Of a stretch of 64,000 nucleotides of DNA, positions 20,001 to 33,849 are shown in pieces. The notes below the pieces were generated by a model. It made no database searches. It saw only the letters and a program-made list of their open reading frames with translations, and was not told the origin of the DNA. How positions within the stretch are numbered: position 1 is the first letter of the stretch; each line of letters starts with the position of its first letter. The translations under genes were made by a program, and so were the position numbers. The stretch is from Bugula neritina (Eukaryota > Animalia > Bryozoa), in assembly GCA_964035545.1 (NCBI GenBank), contig OZ037769.1, positions 14,414,633 through 14,478,632 on the forward strand. Direction: 5' to 3'.

Positions 20001-20178
20001 TTCGACTTGAAGTCGGTGTTGAACAGACTGCTCACTTTTGCTCCCATTAAGCATCCCTGCCATAGCTTTCTTCTAATAGATCTCTACATCAATACATTTT
20101 ATTTTGCTTTATGCAACTGCTCACTTTTGCTCCTATTGAGCATTCCTACCATTGCTTTTTTTTAATAGACCTCTATAT

Positions 20179-20525
20179 TGTAATGGGATTACGTAGTATA
20201 ATAATGGGGTCGTCCCCTCTTGTATGGCAATACTTATAACTATGTTCTACTATCCAATCAGAGGGACTGGAAGGCAAGGTTCCGTTCAAGTGACTGTTTG
20301 CGGGTTAGCCAGCAGAAACCATGTGTTGTTGAGAGCAAGGATCCGTAGTAGTAACATGTGTTTGTAATTGATCAGTGTTGTATAGTAGTTTGATGTGATG
20401 TTATAAATATTTTTGTCGAATTAAATAAAGGTTATCGTACGCAAGCCAGACTAGTGATTGCTAGTTAAATTGACACTAAATACGCATACAATCCACGCTT
20501 AATAATTGTGCTAAAACTCACAACA
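20179..20525 (+). mobile_element. Solo LTR
   Basis: TGTAA...CAACA; 4-bp TSD ATAT (20175-20178 / 20526-20529); internal CCAAT and AATAAA; host repeat rejoins when the element is removed. Confidence 0.8.
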
Positions 20526-20666
20526 ATATCAATACATTTATTTTGCTTTATACAGACTCCTCACTTTTGTTTCCATTGAGCGTCCCTACCATTGTTTTTT
20601 CTAATAGATCTCTACATCAATACATTTTATTTTCGCTTTATGCAGACTGCTCACTTTTGTTCCCAT

Positions 20667-21141
20667 TGTTATTATCTGGATTTATAAGTATTATAAATAT
20701 GTGTAGTTGTCATCTCTTGTTGTTGCATGTGTGTGGGGTGCACAACTCTAAGTTTGACATTAATATTACTTATAGCGTGGGTGTGGCTTGTGTAAGTGTT
20801 ATAGCTATATAACCTAGTGCAAATGGGAGAATGGAGAGACTTGAGACTGGTTGAAGAACGATTAAGAATATTCATATAGAATGTATGCAACATAATTAGA
20901 ATGTGTTAGAGTAAGTTTGTGAGTGCTAGCTCAGGACCATAGACCGAGGAGCACCACCAGCCAACTACTCTAACCCGGAGTCTCAACTGCACCCCTACCA
21001 GACGGACAGGAGCTGGAGTTACCTCGCAGCCAAGCTATCAACCCGCAACTGCATACCGACCCCGAGCTCACCCCAAGGCCATATTATATATATTATTCGG
21101 TGAGTTTACAATACTCAAAATCAGTAAAACCCACCACAACA
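20667..21141. mobile_element. Solo LTR (another family)
   Basis: TGTT...AACA; 4-bp TSD CCAT (20663-20666 / 21142-21145); host repeat rejoins (cccat|tgagcgtccct). Confidence 0.8.
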
Positions 21142-21379
21142 CCATTGAGCGTCCCTACTATTGCTTTCTTTTAATAGACCACTATATCAATACATTTACT
21201 TTGCTTTATACTTGAAAGAAAACAAAACAAAAAAAATTCTACATCAATACATTTTATTTTGCTTTATACATTAACAAAAAAATTAAAAAAAAAACTCTTT
21301 TTCCATTATAGTAACTCGTTGATCTCTGAGGCTTGCATGATGGTCCTACGGGATCCGCTGCATAATCTACTTCATACAG

Positions 21380-22700
21380 ATACAGACACTGCAAGTGCAA
21401 GTGCAAATGCATAAAGAAATTACAAACACAGTGACTGTGAGCGTGACAGTGAATGTGATACTCATACTCCTACTGATAGCCATAGTCATACTCATAGTGA
21501 TAGTCATTATCATTATGATTATGATTATCATTATGATCAACTTAGTCCTACGGCTACTCCTACACTTAGAGTGAGTTCTAAGCCTGCAAAAACAACACAT
21601 TTTATTCTACTAATGATTGAAATATTACAGTTATACTACTAGTAGTACACTGATGGTGAAGTATAGTATAACTATAAGTATAAGTTCGGTGTAAACTCAA
21701 ACTGAGCGGAACTTGACAAGAAAACAACTTGAAGGAAGTAGCGGATAATTTGTAACAAATGTACGAAATGGGAATAAAAGAAGAGTTAGACTGTTTCTGT
21801 TGACAGGCTACAAAACTCGTTTAAAATACATTATTTGAGGTATTATAGCGTTCCCAGTTAAAGCTTTCGGGCTCAAATATGTCGTATCCTGCTCAAAGTT
21901 AAACATAACCATAATCACTTTATCATAATGATAATGATAAAACTTGTAATTTGATTAATGAAAATGGGCTAATGGCTATTATAAAACTTTAAAATACAGG
22001 TTATTTATTGTAGGTTATTGGCTAAAAGTAGAACACTGGGTATTTAAATTTTTAACAATCACAATGATGCAATATACCTACAAGTACAACCAATAACTAT
22101 AAGTATAACTTATTAACTATAGTATAACTATAAGTATAAGTGAATAACTGAATAAGTAAGACTAAGTACTAGTAGTAACTAATAACAGTAACACTAACAG
22201 TAACTATTAAATTTAGTATTACAATTACTAATACTATTAGTAAATAAGTATTAGATTTGGTATTAATATTACTATTAGTATTACTATTAGTATTAGTATT
22301 AGTAACTATACATAGTAACTTGCTAGACTAAGACTTAGATTAACTCTAAGAGTTAGAATTTCAACTTAGGCTAGCGGTAGCACAGCATTAACTTTAAGTT
22401 TAACTATTCTAAAACTAATATTAATTATTATAAGTATAAGTACTACTACTACTAGTAGCCTACTAGTACTACTAGTCTCTTACTGCTGCTACTACTGCTG
22501 CTGCTGCTACTGCTACTACTACTACTATTACTACTACTCCCACTACTATCACAAAATGAGGTTGACATTGTTTGAGGAACAAATTGTCATTACTGATATT
22601 CATATGGCACATAACGAATAAGCATAAGTAGTGATACTACTACTAGGTCTTGTACTACCAGTAGTAGTACTAGTAGGTAGTTGTGACATAAATATAGCTC
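21380..22700. repeat. Low-complexity simple repeats (ATC/ATG, ACT/AGT, GCT-rich)
   Basis: Runs such as tactactac, gctgctgct, tattagtatt. Confidence 0.7.
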
Positions 22701-25323
22701 TAACTTAAAGTTAATATTGATTTAATACCAAAATCAATATGATAAGATTAAATCTAAATGATTTTAATTGATACTAAGTCTGTTAGTAATGTCGAACGAA
22801 AATAAAATAAAATAAAATAATATATAATTACTGTTATTTACAATAACTTTATAATACCTTTATAACAATAGCTTTAATAATATTTGATAATTTATAAACT
22901 TGTTGGAATATGTGTATATTTATTTATTACTTGAATGCAAATAACCTTTCACTAGATGGTTGATTCAAGGGGAGACAATTAACAATTAGATATTACTTGA
23001 ATAATTTTGCTTTGAAATTAGTGTCTGCAATCCAATAACTGCAGAATAAAAATATAAAGTTATCTCCGCTCGACAAATGTTTATTAATGGTTTGGTTTGG
23101 CAATATTATTTATGTATAAACAATATATGTGGTTCTATGTGTTATTGTGTAATGGTAGCACTCAGGTTATAAATTTCGTGAGACAAATTTAGGACCTGCC
23201 TCTCCGGAAATGAACAAAACTATGGATTTTGCATGCGTTTTAAAATATCTATTTGATAATAATATGGAAACAAAATTATAAGACAAGAAAAATTATTATA
23301 ATAACCAAACCCAAAAGAAATGAAACAAATATATAATATGTATATCCTAGCGACCCTTTGAAATCCCGCTGTGTATAATATACTGGCAACAAAAATTGAT
23401 AAGCCTGTTAAACATAAATTTGGCGTAACTTAATAGATCAAACAATTCTAAGACAGTTCCTCAAACAACCTACGTAACTCAATCAAATTCTTAATTTAAA
23501 AATATTCCTTCAAGTGTAATTTATGCAACTTCAAAGTAGATTTTCAATTCACAAGTACAAGTTATATAGTAATAAAACAAACAATAGATAAAATTAGTAC
23601 ATCACAAGAAAATAAATCAAGTTACTTACAATGAAACTTCTCAGTCCAAAAATTGATTAGGTTTAAATGTAATTGAATTTCTAAATAATTTCGCACAAAA
23701 ATATACTATGGCTCTTCTGATTATTAATTGCTCTTCTTATCGTCGATAATCTATTGCGGCTTCTGAGCTGCCTTTTATAGTCGGGTTGTTTTGGATTTCT
23801 GAGGTTTGGGCGATGAGTCTAACCAGGTAAGTTGCTGGTTGGTCCGCAGGTTCAAGTCCAACAATGTGCTAACTGCTACATGAGGAATTGTTGGTGACAC
23901 CATCCCGGTATTGACCATATCAGGATCTTTAAGACTAATAAGTTATACCAGCATTATTTCTGCCATAACTCATAGCCTAAAATATATGTTTTATAGCAAG
24001 AAAATATATTAATACGTATTAGTTGTTCACGTGTTGATTTTGTAGTTATTAGATTCTACAAGTGAAGTAAAACACCAGGTTATATCAAATTTGTATAATT
24101 CATCAAGTATATAATAAACGTTAAATGTCATCTATATGTTAATATGATTGAATAATCATATACGTCCCGGTTTTATTCATGTTTGTTTACCAATTAATGT
24201 TCATGTAAGACGGGGTTAAAATTTTACAAATCCCAACACGTGAACAAAACATGTATATGAAATTGTCCCTATACCACAACTACTTGTATAATACCATATT
24301 ACTAAACATACTATATCTGCATTATTCAAAGCGCTGTAAATCATACGTTTAGTATATTAATGTTTGAAGCAATTTCCATGTAGTGTCATGACGCTTAGCT
24401 CATTTGCATATTTCAATTTCAGCTGTACTCAAGTTTCAAGTCCATTGCTTTCAGAATATGTATTCCACATTCTTTCTTGAATTTTGTAGATATACAGTGT
24501 AGTCTACATACCGTGACGGAATAGATATAATAATTTATAGTTACTTCAACCTGTCACAGCAGTCATCTCACTGAAAGTTTCAAGGAAGCAGGCAAGCCTC
24601 AGCACCAACGGCAACCATAATTCAGTAAGTTGGAATATCTTAAAGGTATAACTTGTGGAATACAGAAGTAAGAGTTAAGCATATAAAAAAGGAAGAAAGC
24701 CCCATACATCTACAATTATTTACTGTTTCAAGAATAGCATATTTTCCAAGAATTGACTTTCTAGGAACTAAATTATAGTTTACCACCACTATATCAGGTT
24801 ACATTTACTTGGTAAATTGTTTGCCACTCATAGCCTACTCAAATTGTTGACTAAACTATAATCACTACCAGCATATTATTCTCTGTAAATGTATTACATT
24901 ATTGTACAGTATCTACTCTGCATAATACAAAACACTATGTATTCTCTGATCTGACAGTAATAATATCATCACTATGACTATCACTATTTTTCTAAAGAAC
25001 ATCAGCATGGATATTAAAGCGAAGCCATGGAGTGTGACCAGGCTGTAACTAGTTAGTGTGTTAAACATTTTTTATACTCATGCTACATTGGCTTACATGA
25101 GTACATAGTAAATAGTTATATGTAGGTATATGAGCATGTTGTCAATTAAAATAGTCAATCGCCAAGTTATGCAATCATTTATTGATTGGGCTGACAATTA
25201 TTTGGTATTATTTTTGTAATTTTCTGCTATAAGATGTGGATAGCAAGAATATGATAAAACTGTGTAATTTTCAGTGGGAAGCTGCGTACATTATGTGGGA
25301 CTGTGTTCCAGGAACTAGACGCC

Positions 25324-28300
25324 ATGCCAGGTCCCAATGCACTAAGCCCTGGTGATCCCAGCTCCTTCTCCAGACCTGACCAGTGTACTATCACTGATAT
25401 TTCATTGGATGTTAAAATAGATTTTGGTCGTAAAGTTGTTCACGGGACAACTACTTATAAGTGCAAGAAGGTGCTTGCTGGAGCAGATTCACTGGTATAC
25501 AGCTATAATAGCCAACTATCTTGCATTGTGTATAATTCTTTTTAGAAATACATGCAATTATTTTAGTTATTGGTTTAATTTATTTTTCAGTATACATATC
25601 GTGATACTTGCTTTGACATATTTCAAAATTTAAACTAAACTTAAAACAATTTCTTCAATTTATTACATTGCTCTCAATAAACACAATCTCTCTTCTTACT
25701 ATCAGAAAAATTCGTTAACTGATTTTGCATGTTTGTAAAGTAAGATATGAACAGACTACTAAGTTATATGAACTATTATTAGATTCTGGACACAGACCAA
25801 CTAACTATATGCAAAGTCTACTGCAAACAAACCTCTCAGGACCTCCAGTTCTCAGTAGGAGAACCTGTTGGCAAGTTTGGCTCTAAACTTCAAATCACTC
25901 TGCTTACATCATTTCCTGATGATGGGGAGTAAGTCAAGAGCAATCTTCTAAAAATGAATCATGAAAATTGGTGAAAATTAATGTCAGTGTTTTTGCATTT
26001 TCAATTATTTGACAAGGTTTCTTGAATGAAAATATTAGTACTCTTAGATTGACCTTTAATCAACCTTCAACTAGTAGTCAACATGTGAGCAGTTTCCACG
26101 GTACTCTAATGAATTTTATAGAAGCTGGTAATAGTTTAATGTTAAAACCAATATCACCTTAAATTATGTTTTATTTGCTAGTTTCCAGAATTGACTAACT
26201 TCTAACGTTCTGGTCGGTTGTTTGACTAGATTTGAAATATGTGTGGACTATGAGAACTCGCCTGCTGCAACTGGACTACAGTGGATGCCTGCCAATCTGA
26301 CTGCTGGCAAGCGTCAGCCATATTTGTACAGTTTATTCAAATCAATCAATGCTAGAACTGTGTTACCCTGCCAAGATACACCATCTGTTAAACATACCTA
26401 CAGTGCCAGGGTAAGCAACCCTAGTCTAATAACTGTCTTGACTATCCCACAGATTTGAAATTTTAGGAGTTTGTTGTGAATATCGAATACTTGTATTTCA
26501 TTTCTTTTACCAGTAAGACAAGTGATGTTATGATTTTTCCTCATATCAAACTTGTATTTTAGCTCAGTTTAGACTAGTTTTCTTTTTGTAGTCTCTAGCA
26601 TCAATCAGAAGATAATTGGGTTATTCATTCTATCTTAAATTTGAGTATTTCTATCTGACAAATTGAAAAATTATTAAATAGAAAAATACATCAACAGATT
26701 TTGTCAAGAGTAAAAATTCGATTCAGGATGATTTTGATTTTTTTAAAGTCCAGAAAATTATTACAGGGATATGTGCCTGTACTGCTTAAATCTTAAAAAA
26801 AATATTGAAAAAAAATCAAGTTTTTGGAGAACACTATAAAGCATTCTTTCTGCTTTTCTGTGATGAGAATAGTGTTTTTAGATTTTTTGTTAGTAGGAAT
26901 TGACTGTTTTTATGACTATATTGTTTGATTTGTTTCTGTACCTAGGTAACTGTAGACAAGGCATTGACTGTACTTATGAGTGCTGTACCTTCACCCACAG
27001 AACCAACTCCAAATGATCAAGTGACTTACATCTTCCAGCAATCTGTTCCCATCCCTTGTTATCTGATAGCCATAGCTGTTGGAGATTTCACTTCCAAGTA
27101 GGTTCCTTGCTTAACATTAGCAATTCAGTTGGCATTTAGTGATTGACTTCCAAGTAAGTTTATATCTACAGTAATTCAAAGTTAGTGTACATCTTCTTAC
27201 ATATCGCTGTTCCATAAGTATATATCTGTTAGTATAGGTGCAAATTCAAAAATAAGAGCACTTGGAAGTCTAGAAATTATGTATTTTTGGCCAAGAGTTT
27301 TGCTCTGTTCCTGGTACTAACTCATCTAGTTAGTAATGCAGGATATCTCTAATTGGTGGATTTCTCTGTGATAGTAACACTAAACTAGCATGCTTCTTGT
27401 ATGTTTATACCAATAATACTCTAAACATTACCTCCAATAACCATTTAAACAATCTTTTTAATTCTTATACAGTTAGTTGGTCTTTTAATTATTTTGTACC
27501 ATTTTGTCTTAGCCAATGCTGTTTTAACTCTCGATTTTATTATCCTCGGTAGAAAAATTGGGTCACGGACTACTGTATGGGCAGAGTCAGAAATGATCGA
27601 CAGAGCTGCCTGGGAATTTGAAAAGGTTACTATTTCTTCATTTCACATCTCCAGCTTACTTCAATTCCTTTTGCTTGTTATTAATTTTTTAGAATAATTT
27701 TGTTTTTTAATAGGTTTTAGAAAATTATGCTTCTTTCAGGCTGAACAGATGTTGACAACAGCTGAAGAGTTATGTGGTCCGTACATCTGGGGCGTCTACA
27801 ATATACTTGTGCTACCCCCAACCTTTCCTTATGGTGGAATAGAAAACCCGTGTCTAACATTCGCTACACCAACATTAATAGTATGTAAGAAAGTCAAGTT
27901 GACACAATGATAGTGTTGGGTTGCCAGAATATAATGACTTTATTTAACACACTCTATATTTTAATGCCCAACAGTGTAAATGTTGTAACGACTTGTAGTA
28001 ATTAAGATGTCATGACTAACCATTTGTTGTACAGGTGAATCATTCAACATTTCTTAGTGCATCTTTGAATGCCCAACCTTTTGATGTAATCACTCTAAAT
28101 GTCATGTCTGCCCATTTGATATACATGCGACTCATTCAAACTTTCTTATGATTTAGCTGTTGGATGAGTAACTGTAGTAAAACAGTAAGCCAACTCTGTG
28201 CATAGATAAGACCTGACAATGCTCTACTGTGGTGCATATATTTAGTTATGCATTGTCTATATGTTTGTTATCGCCGAGCATATTATCAATCTCAAACTTT

Positions 28301-31300
28301 AAAGATTTCTTCAATTGAACTTTTATCTAATTGTTAACTATCTGCACCATTAGATGTTTCATGTGTTACCAACCGCACGTGTAATTGTTAGGTGGGTGAC
28401 CGTTCCCTCACCACTGTAATTGCTCATGAAATAACTCATAGTTGGACTGGTAATTTGGTTACCAACTTCAACTGGGAACATTTCTGGTTGAATGAAGGGC
28501 ATACGATGTTTGTGGAGAGAAAGATTATTGGTAGACTGCACGGGGAAGATGATCGCCAGTTTGCTATGAACAGTGGCTGGACTGACCTCGCACATACTGT
28601 AAGTTGGTCCTAGTTTTGTGTTTTTATTTATTAATTCGACCTATTGATTTTTGTAACTGGCAATTCTTTTATTGTATGAGATTACTTTTCATGGGAAATG
28701 ATAATTACATTTTTTGCTGTCTTATTGAATAATTTAGAAAATGCTTTTAGCATTTATGAGATTATAACTGAAGATCTTAAATTTGCTAGTATCTCTATCT
28801 AATGAATAATGGCTGTTACTACTATAGAACACACTCTAAAATCTGGAGCAGTTTGTATACTATTTAATTCAGTAACATATTTACCATGTCAAGAGGGCAT
28901 ACATTTACATTTGTTTCCCTGCAACGTCAAGTCTTTAGGTTGTGGAGCCAGCGAAGGTGTCAGTCTGTTATAAAGACTCTGGCATCAGGTAACCAGAAGA
29001 CTGTCTCTGAAAGAAATGCTGCTTTCTTCTAATTACCTTTTCTTCTTTAACAAAATTTATTTTGCTGCTATTCTTTTGGCCAGATAAAAGAATTTGGCCC
29101 CACTAACCCTCTGACCAAACTGGTCCTGGACCTCACGGATGGAACACACCCCGAGGATTCTTTCTCTCTCGTGCCGTATGAGAAGGGATGTGCTTTTCTC
29201 TACACCATTGAGACGGCCCTAGGGGGAGCAGGTAATTGTAAAATGTTGCCTTAGCGGATTGAAGCCATTATTTACACTCTGTAAAGTGGAGATATCATTT
29301 CCTGACTATTTGTTATTTTCCTTGGAGCTCTGCATTTCAATATAGCCGAGTTGAAAACAGGTGCTTGAATTAAGTTAGGTAGGTTAATTAACTGAACTTT
29401 TCATAAATGCGGTAAAAGCACTATTTTATCATGTTATCTTTCTATTGCTGCCATAATATCACTATGTCCTTAATATGAGATCAGTATGTATATCCCAATT
29501 AGGATAAATGCCCTCAGTATGACATCACTATTACCAAAGTATGACATCACTATATCCACAGTATGACATCACTATGTTTACAGTATGACATCACTATGTA
29601 CTCAGTATGACATCACTATGTACACAGTATGACATCACTATTACCAAAGTATGACATCACTATGTACACAGTATGACATCATTGTGTCTACAGTATGACA
29701 TCACTATGTACACAGTATGACATCAGAATACTGATAACAATACTAATAATATTTTCAGATGTTGTGGAGCCCTGGCTAAGAGCCTATATTCAGAAATTTG
29801 AAGGTAAATCTATCAAAACTGATGAATGGAAAGAGTTCCTGTACTCTTACTTCAGTACAGAGGAACAGGTTGGTGCATGTGTTAGCAGGTGTATAGAATA
29901 TCATTGGTCTTTAGCTAGGAAGTATCTTTGATATATATATAGTAAAGTAAATTTTAGGGGCAGATAATAATTGTATTTGAAATTTGCATTAAAGCACACA
30001 GAGCTACTCTTTACTCAGTGCTGAATAGTTTATCAATATTCTTCTATCTTCAACACTATTTGTAGCAAACAGCCCTGAATGGAATAGACTGGGAGGGGTG
30101 GCTCAATACACCAGGGATGCCGGCTAACAAACCAGAGTAAGTTGTACACCTTTTTATAACACACAGTGCTTTGTTCCTTGTGAATAATCTACATGTATCA
30201 GTTTTCAGCTGCACACATTGTATAGAGTTATCTATGTTGTGTACTTCTGAAGTTTTGTATACTATATAGAGTTGTCTGCCCTCCTTTGTTATGTATAATT
30301 CTCTGAAGTTTTATATGCCATATAGAGTTATCTTCTCTCAGTGTTATCATATTATTAACTAAATTTTTATATACTATACAGATTTTTGTGCTCTCACCTA
30401 TGTTGTAGTTTAGCAGCTCTCATAGCATATAAACGGTGACAACATGTTTCTAGAGTAACTGCCACACTTGTCTGAATTGATGTTTATTGTGATTATAAGT
30501 CATGTGAATATCAAAAGTTACCTGCATGTGTGTTCACATTTTATTTGGAGTTGTTTTCTTTTAAAAATGAGCTGTTTCATTAGTTAGCCTCAAAGTGCAT
30601 ACTCCATGCTGTTGCTAAATTACAATTTTTAGTTTTAAAGCGCAATCTGTGATTTGATTTCAATAAAATTATCACTTTTCTTACTGTAATTTTTGAACAA
30701 GCAATTAAAGGGTTGTCTACCCTCTAATAATTTCACAACAAGTCATTTTATTCCCCTTTACAGCTATGACATGACTTTGTTTGAAGCCTGTGAGACATTG
30801 TGTAACAGATGGTGGGGTGGAACTGATATCCCCACCATCATTGCCGAGTTTGAAGCTTTTACGGCCAATCAGAAGATTGCTTTTCTGGCTAAACTGCTGC
30901 TAAAGGTACGCGGGTTGTGATTTGTTGCTTTATTTGTACTTTATAAAATTGTGCTTTCAATTAGTTGAGTTTTGTTGATTTTAGATGGTAGCTGTTAATA
31001 GTTGAATAAATTGAATACTGGCTGTGCACTTACATCATATTATAATACATGCTATTTGTGTTTGATTGAAATATACAGTATTTCTATATACCATATATTT
31101 TAGTATCTAAGGCTTATTGTAGCCTGTAATTATGTGAAACTCTGTAAAGGTATGAATTATGATATAAAATGAATATTTCAGGATGCCATGCCGGTAGAGA
31201 GAATCTTACAGATGGGAGATCTGTATGGGTTACCAAAGAGTAAGAATGCAGAGATCGTGAGCAGGTGAGTTAGTCCACACACACACACATTAGTTTCACA

Positions 31301-32099
31301 TGACACACGTATGTGTGCTCTCACTAGTATAATATATAATGTTTATGTTATGTATATTTCTTCATACATTTCATCAGATGGTACCAGCTGTGTCTTAGAG
31401 GACGAACCCGCAACCAATTAGATCCCACGTTACAGTTTGTCACCGATGTCGGGAGAATGAAGTTTGTACGACCTTTGTATCAGTGAGTATAGTAGACTTA
31501 GAACTAGATATCTTTTTATACCGTCTGTAATATTATAGATATCACATTCTATCGCACTGTAGAGAATGCTGTCTACAGTTTTATAGAAAAACACCACTGC
31601 CTTAACTCAGTCTTTACTTCTTTGTTCATTCCTATCTTTAATTTAAACTTTATAATACTTTTAAGGAGCTGCAAAATAGAACTTTTAGAATACCTATGGG
31701 TTAGTCTGCGGTTTACTCTACAAATATATTCTATGAATCAAAACTGAAAGTATTTCTACCCTCCAATATAGTTTCTCTGTTTGTATGACCATTTAGGATC
31801 AAACTTTCAAAAAGTTGAAAATACCGGATACTTAGGAAATTAACTCTGTAATTTTAAATAGTCTCTTTTGGTACAGAGTAAAATGACATGTATTATTATT
31901 TTGTAAATCTGCCTGCTGTGGTGGGTTATGTCATGCGTATAATATCACACACAAGTACACATTTATATATTTTCTCTGCAGGGACATGTATGCATTTGAA
32001 GATGTGAGACAGATTGCTATTGATACCTTTGAGACCAATAGACCCAACATGCACCCTCAGACTGCTGCTATGGTAGCAAAAGACCTTCACCTTGAGTAA
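25324..32099 (+). CDS. LTA4H: Leukotriene A4 hydrolase-like M1 aminopeptidase, paralogue 2 (complete, divergent substrate pocket)
   Basis: Exons 25324-25494 ([16 protein letters not shown]), 25783-25928, 26230-26410 (PCQDTP), 26946-27097, 27553-27625, 27740-27880 (GGIEN), 28392-28598 (HEITH..E), 29084-29231, 29759-29868, 30066-30136, 30764-30905, 31182-31264, 31378-31482, 31982-32099; phases consistent. Confidence 0.92.
29510..29725. repeat. 22-bp intronic minisatellite (~10 copies)
   Basis: Same cagtatgacatcactatg unit as 3184-3360. Confidence 0.9.
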
Positions 32100-32792
32100 A
32101 CACGCCTTCTCTTTGGCCACCAAGTAGGTGGAGTTAGACATACTCTGCTGTGTTAGCCTTAAACTGTGCTGACGGTATCTATTCTTGGTTTAATGTTTAT
32201 TTTATAGATGGGATGGTAATTTTTGTTCAATTTTTTTATTTCATCAAATCAAAATATTAACAATATTCGAAGTATGACTGATGGTGATGAAGTTTTACCA
32301 TAAATTCGTTGAAAATTTTAAATGTAGAATGAATAAATTAGTACTTACAATTAAAATACATAATATGTTATCAGAAGTATTTTACTGCATTCAAGATACT
32401 TTATACTGTATAGCAACTTACTACGTGTACAACTATTGGATATTGTATATATCTTAGATTATCTTATATATGCTATGATGTATACTCTTTTTTAAAATAA
32501 ACTTTGCTACACATTTTACGTGACTAGCCATTTATTTCACAGCTCCTATTCATCTTGTATTTTAGTGATTTCTCTGTACGGCCATACAACACGTCATCAG
32601 CTGTGTTCCAGTATAACTATTCACTAAGTATAGATTGTTTTTCCAACAGATGTGATGTCAGATTAAGTTCCTTTGTTGGCTACCAGCTGGTTTTCAATTT
32701 TTAAATCAGATGTTCTGAGATGGCAAGAAAGACGAGCTGGTAAGAAGTTACACCCTGTAGGTTTTACAATCAACATAAAACGCAAGGTTTTA

Positions 32793-32985
32793 GGGAGCAG
32801 CCGTGGTCTAGGGGTTAGAGCGTTTGCCTACTAAACACAAAGTCATGGGTTCGAGCCGGACAAAGGTCATTGGTGATGTTAGGGAGAGCATCCAGTCATA
32901 ATTGCTCCTCTGCTGCATTCAATTAAGTTTTTAGCCCGCTTTAGCAAAAATCCTTTCCACTAGGGGTTTCTCACAGCGATAGCGA
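32793..32985 (+). mobile_element. tRNA-derived SINE, copy 2
   Basis: gggagcagccgtggtctaggggttagagcg...ggttcgagcc...ggtgatgttagggagagcatccagtcataattgctcct, aligns with 1967-2176. Confidence 0.8.
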
Positions 32986-33849
32986 CTGTAAACTTGTGTG
33001 GTTTTTTATAAGAAGCTAGGTTTTGCATGTAAAAGGTCAGGTGTTGAAGATATCCAAAAATATGGATCCGATTCTCTAACTACATATCATCTGCACTGGG
33101 CTAGTTTTTACACAATACATTTTCTCCCGGAATTGAGTTTTCATCAGCTCCAACAGATGTCTAACAGAACCAACTTCTTTAATAATTGCTTTGATAAAGT
33201 AAGGTAATTTTTATCTTACAATGCCTAATAAGAAGACTAATAGACACTCTATGTCACTAAGTTGTCAGCTTCATATTGTACCAACACATCAAAAGCTAAA
33301 AAATTCCAAGTGTAAAATTCAATGCAGGTTTAATTGTTGCGAGTATTAATTGCAAATACCATACTCGGTGGTCTGAATGGCGATCACGTGGTGTAATAGA
33401 ATATACGCAGTGCTACATGAGTTTCTCAAGTGCTGATAACAGCTACTTGGACGGGCAATTGTTTTGTGACAATCACTACAAGCTGAAAACAATCAGAGTC
33501 ATCATTGCTATTCAAACTATCCATTGCAGTTTCAAGCACTCTTGTTCTCTTCACCTCATCTGATAGGCTGTATAAATTGACTGCAAGAGGAATGACCTGT
33601 ATTTAATAATTGTTAAAACCAGAGATGCAGGTAATTGGGCTATTTAGCCACGTATCAATATTTTAAACATAGTATATTTTTATTATTGTTTTTATGTGAA
33701 TTCACATGAAAAACTCTTTTTAAGTTTGTCCTTACAAAATAAACCAAACATATTGTCAAATTAACTTTTTCCTAAACCCTGAAAACCTGTTTTGAAAGTC
33801 TCGCACCTGGGCACTCATTGGTTATTGTTGCACTTTATAGTGTTAAATT

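Larger units (their letters stand above)
20024..21270. repeat. ~89-bp tandem repeat (about 4.5 units) interrupted by two solo LTRs
   Basis: Unit agactgctcacttttgctcccatt...caatacattttattttgctttat recurs near 20025, 20114, 20554, 20644 and resumes at 21146. Confidence 0.8.

Noticed and set aside
21367-21600. Hydrophobic Ile/Met/Thr-rich ORF
   Set aside because: Low-complexity tri/hexanucleotide repeats with no splice or homology support.
23800-24630. Upstream coding exons for LTA4H copy 2 (GTAAGT donors at 23827 and 24625)
   Set aside because: Possible 5' UTR exons, but the frame that would join to 25275 contains a TGA and I found no supported ATG.
32793-32870. tRNA gene (also at 1967 and 39500)
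   Set aside because: No intact cloverleaf; the sequence continues into a shared SINE body.
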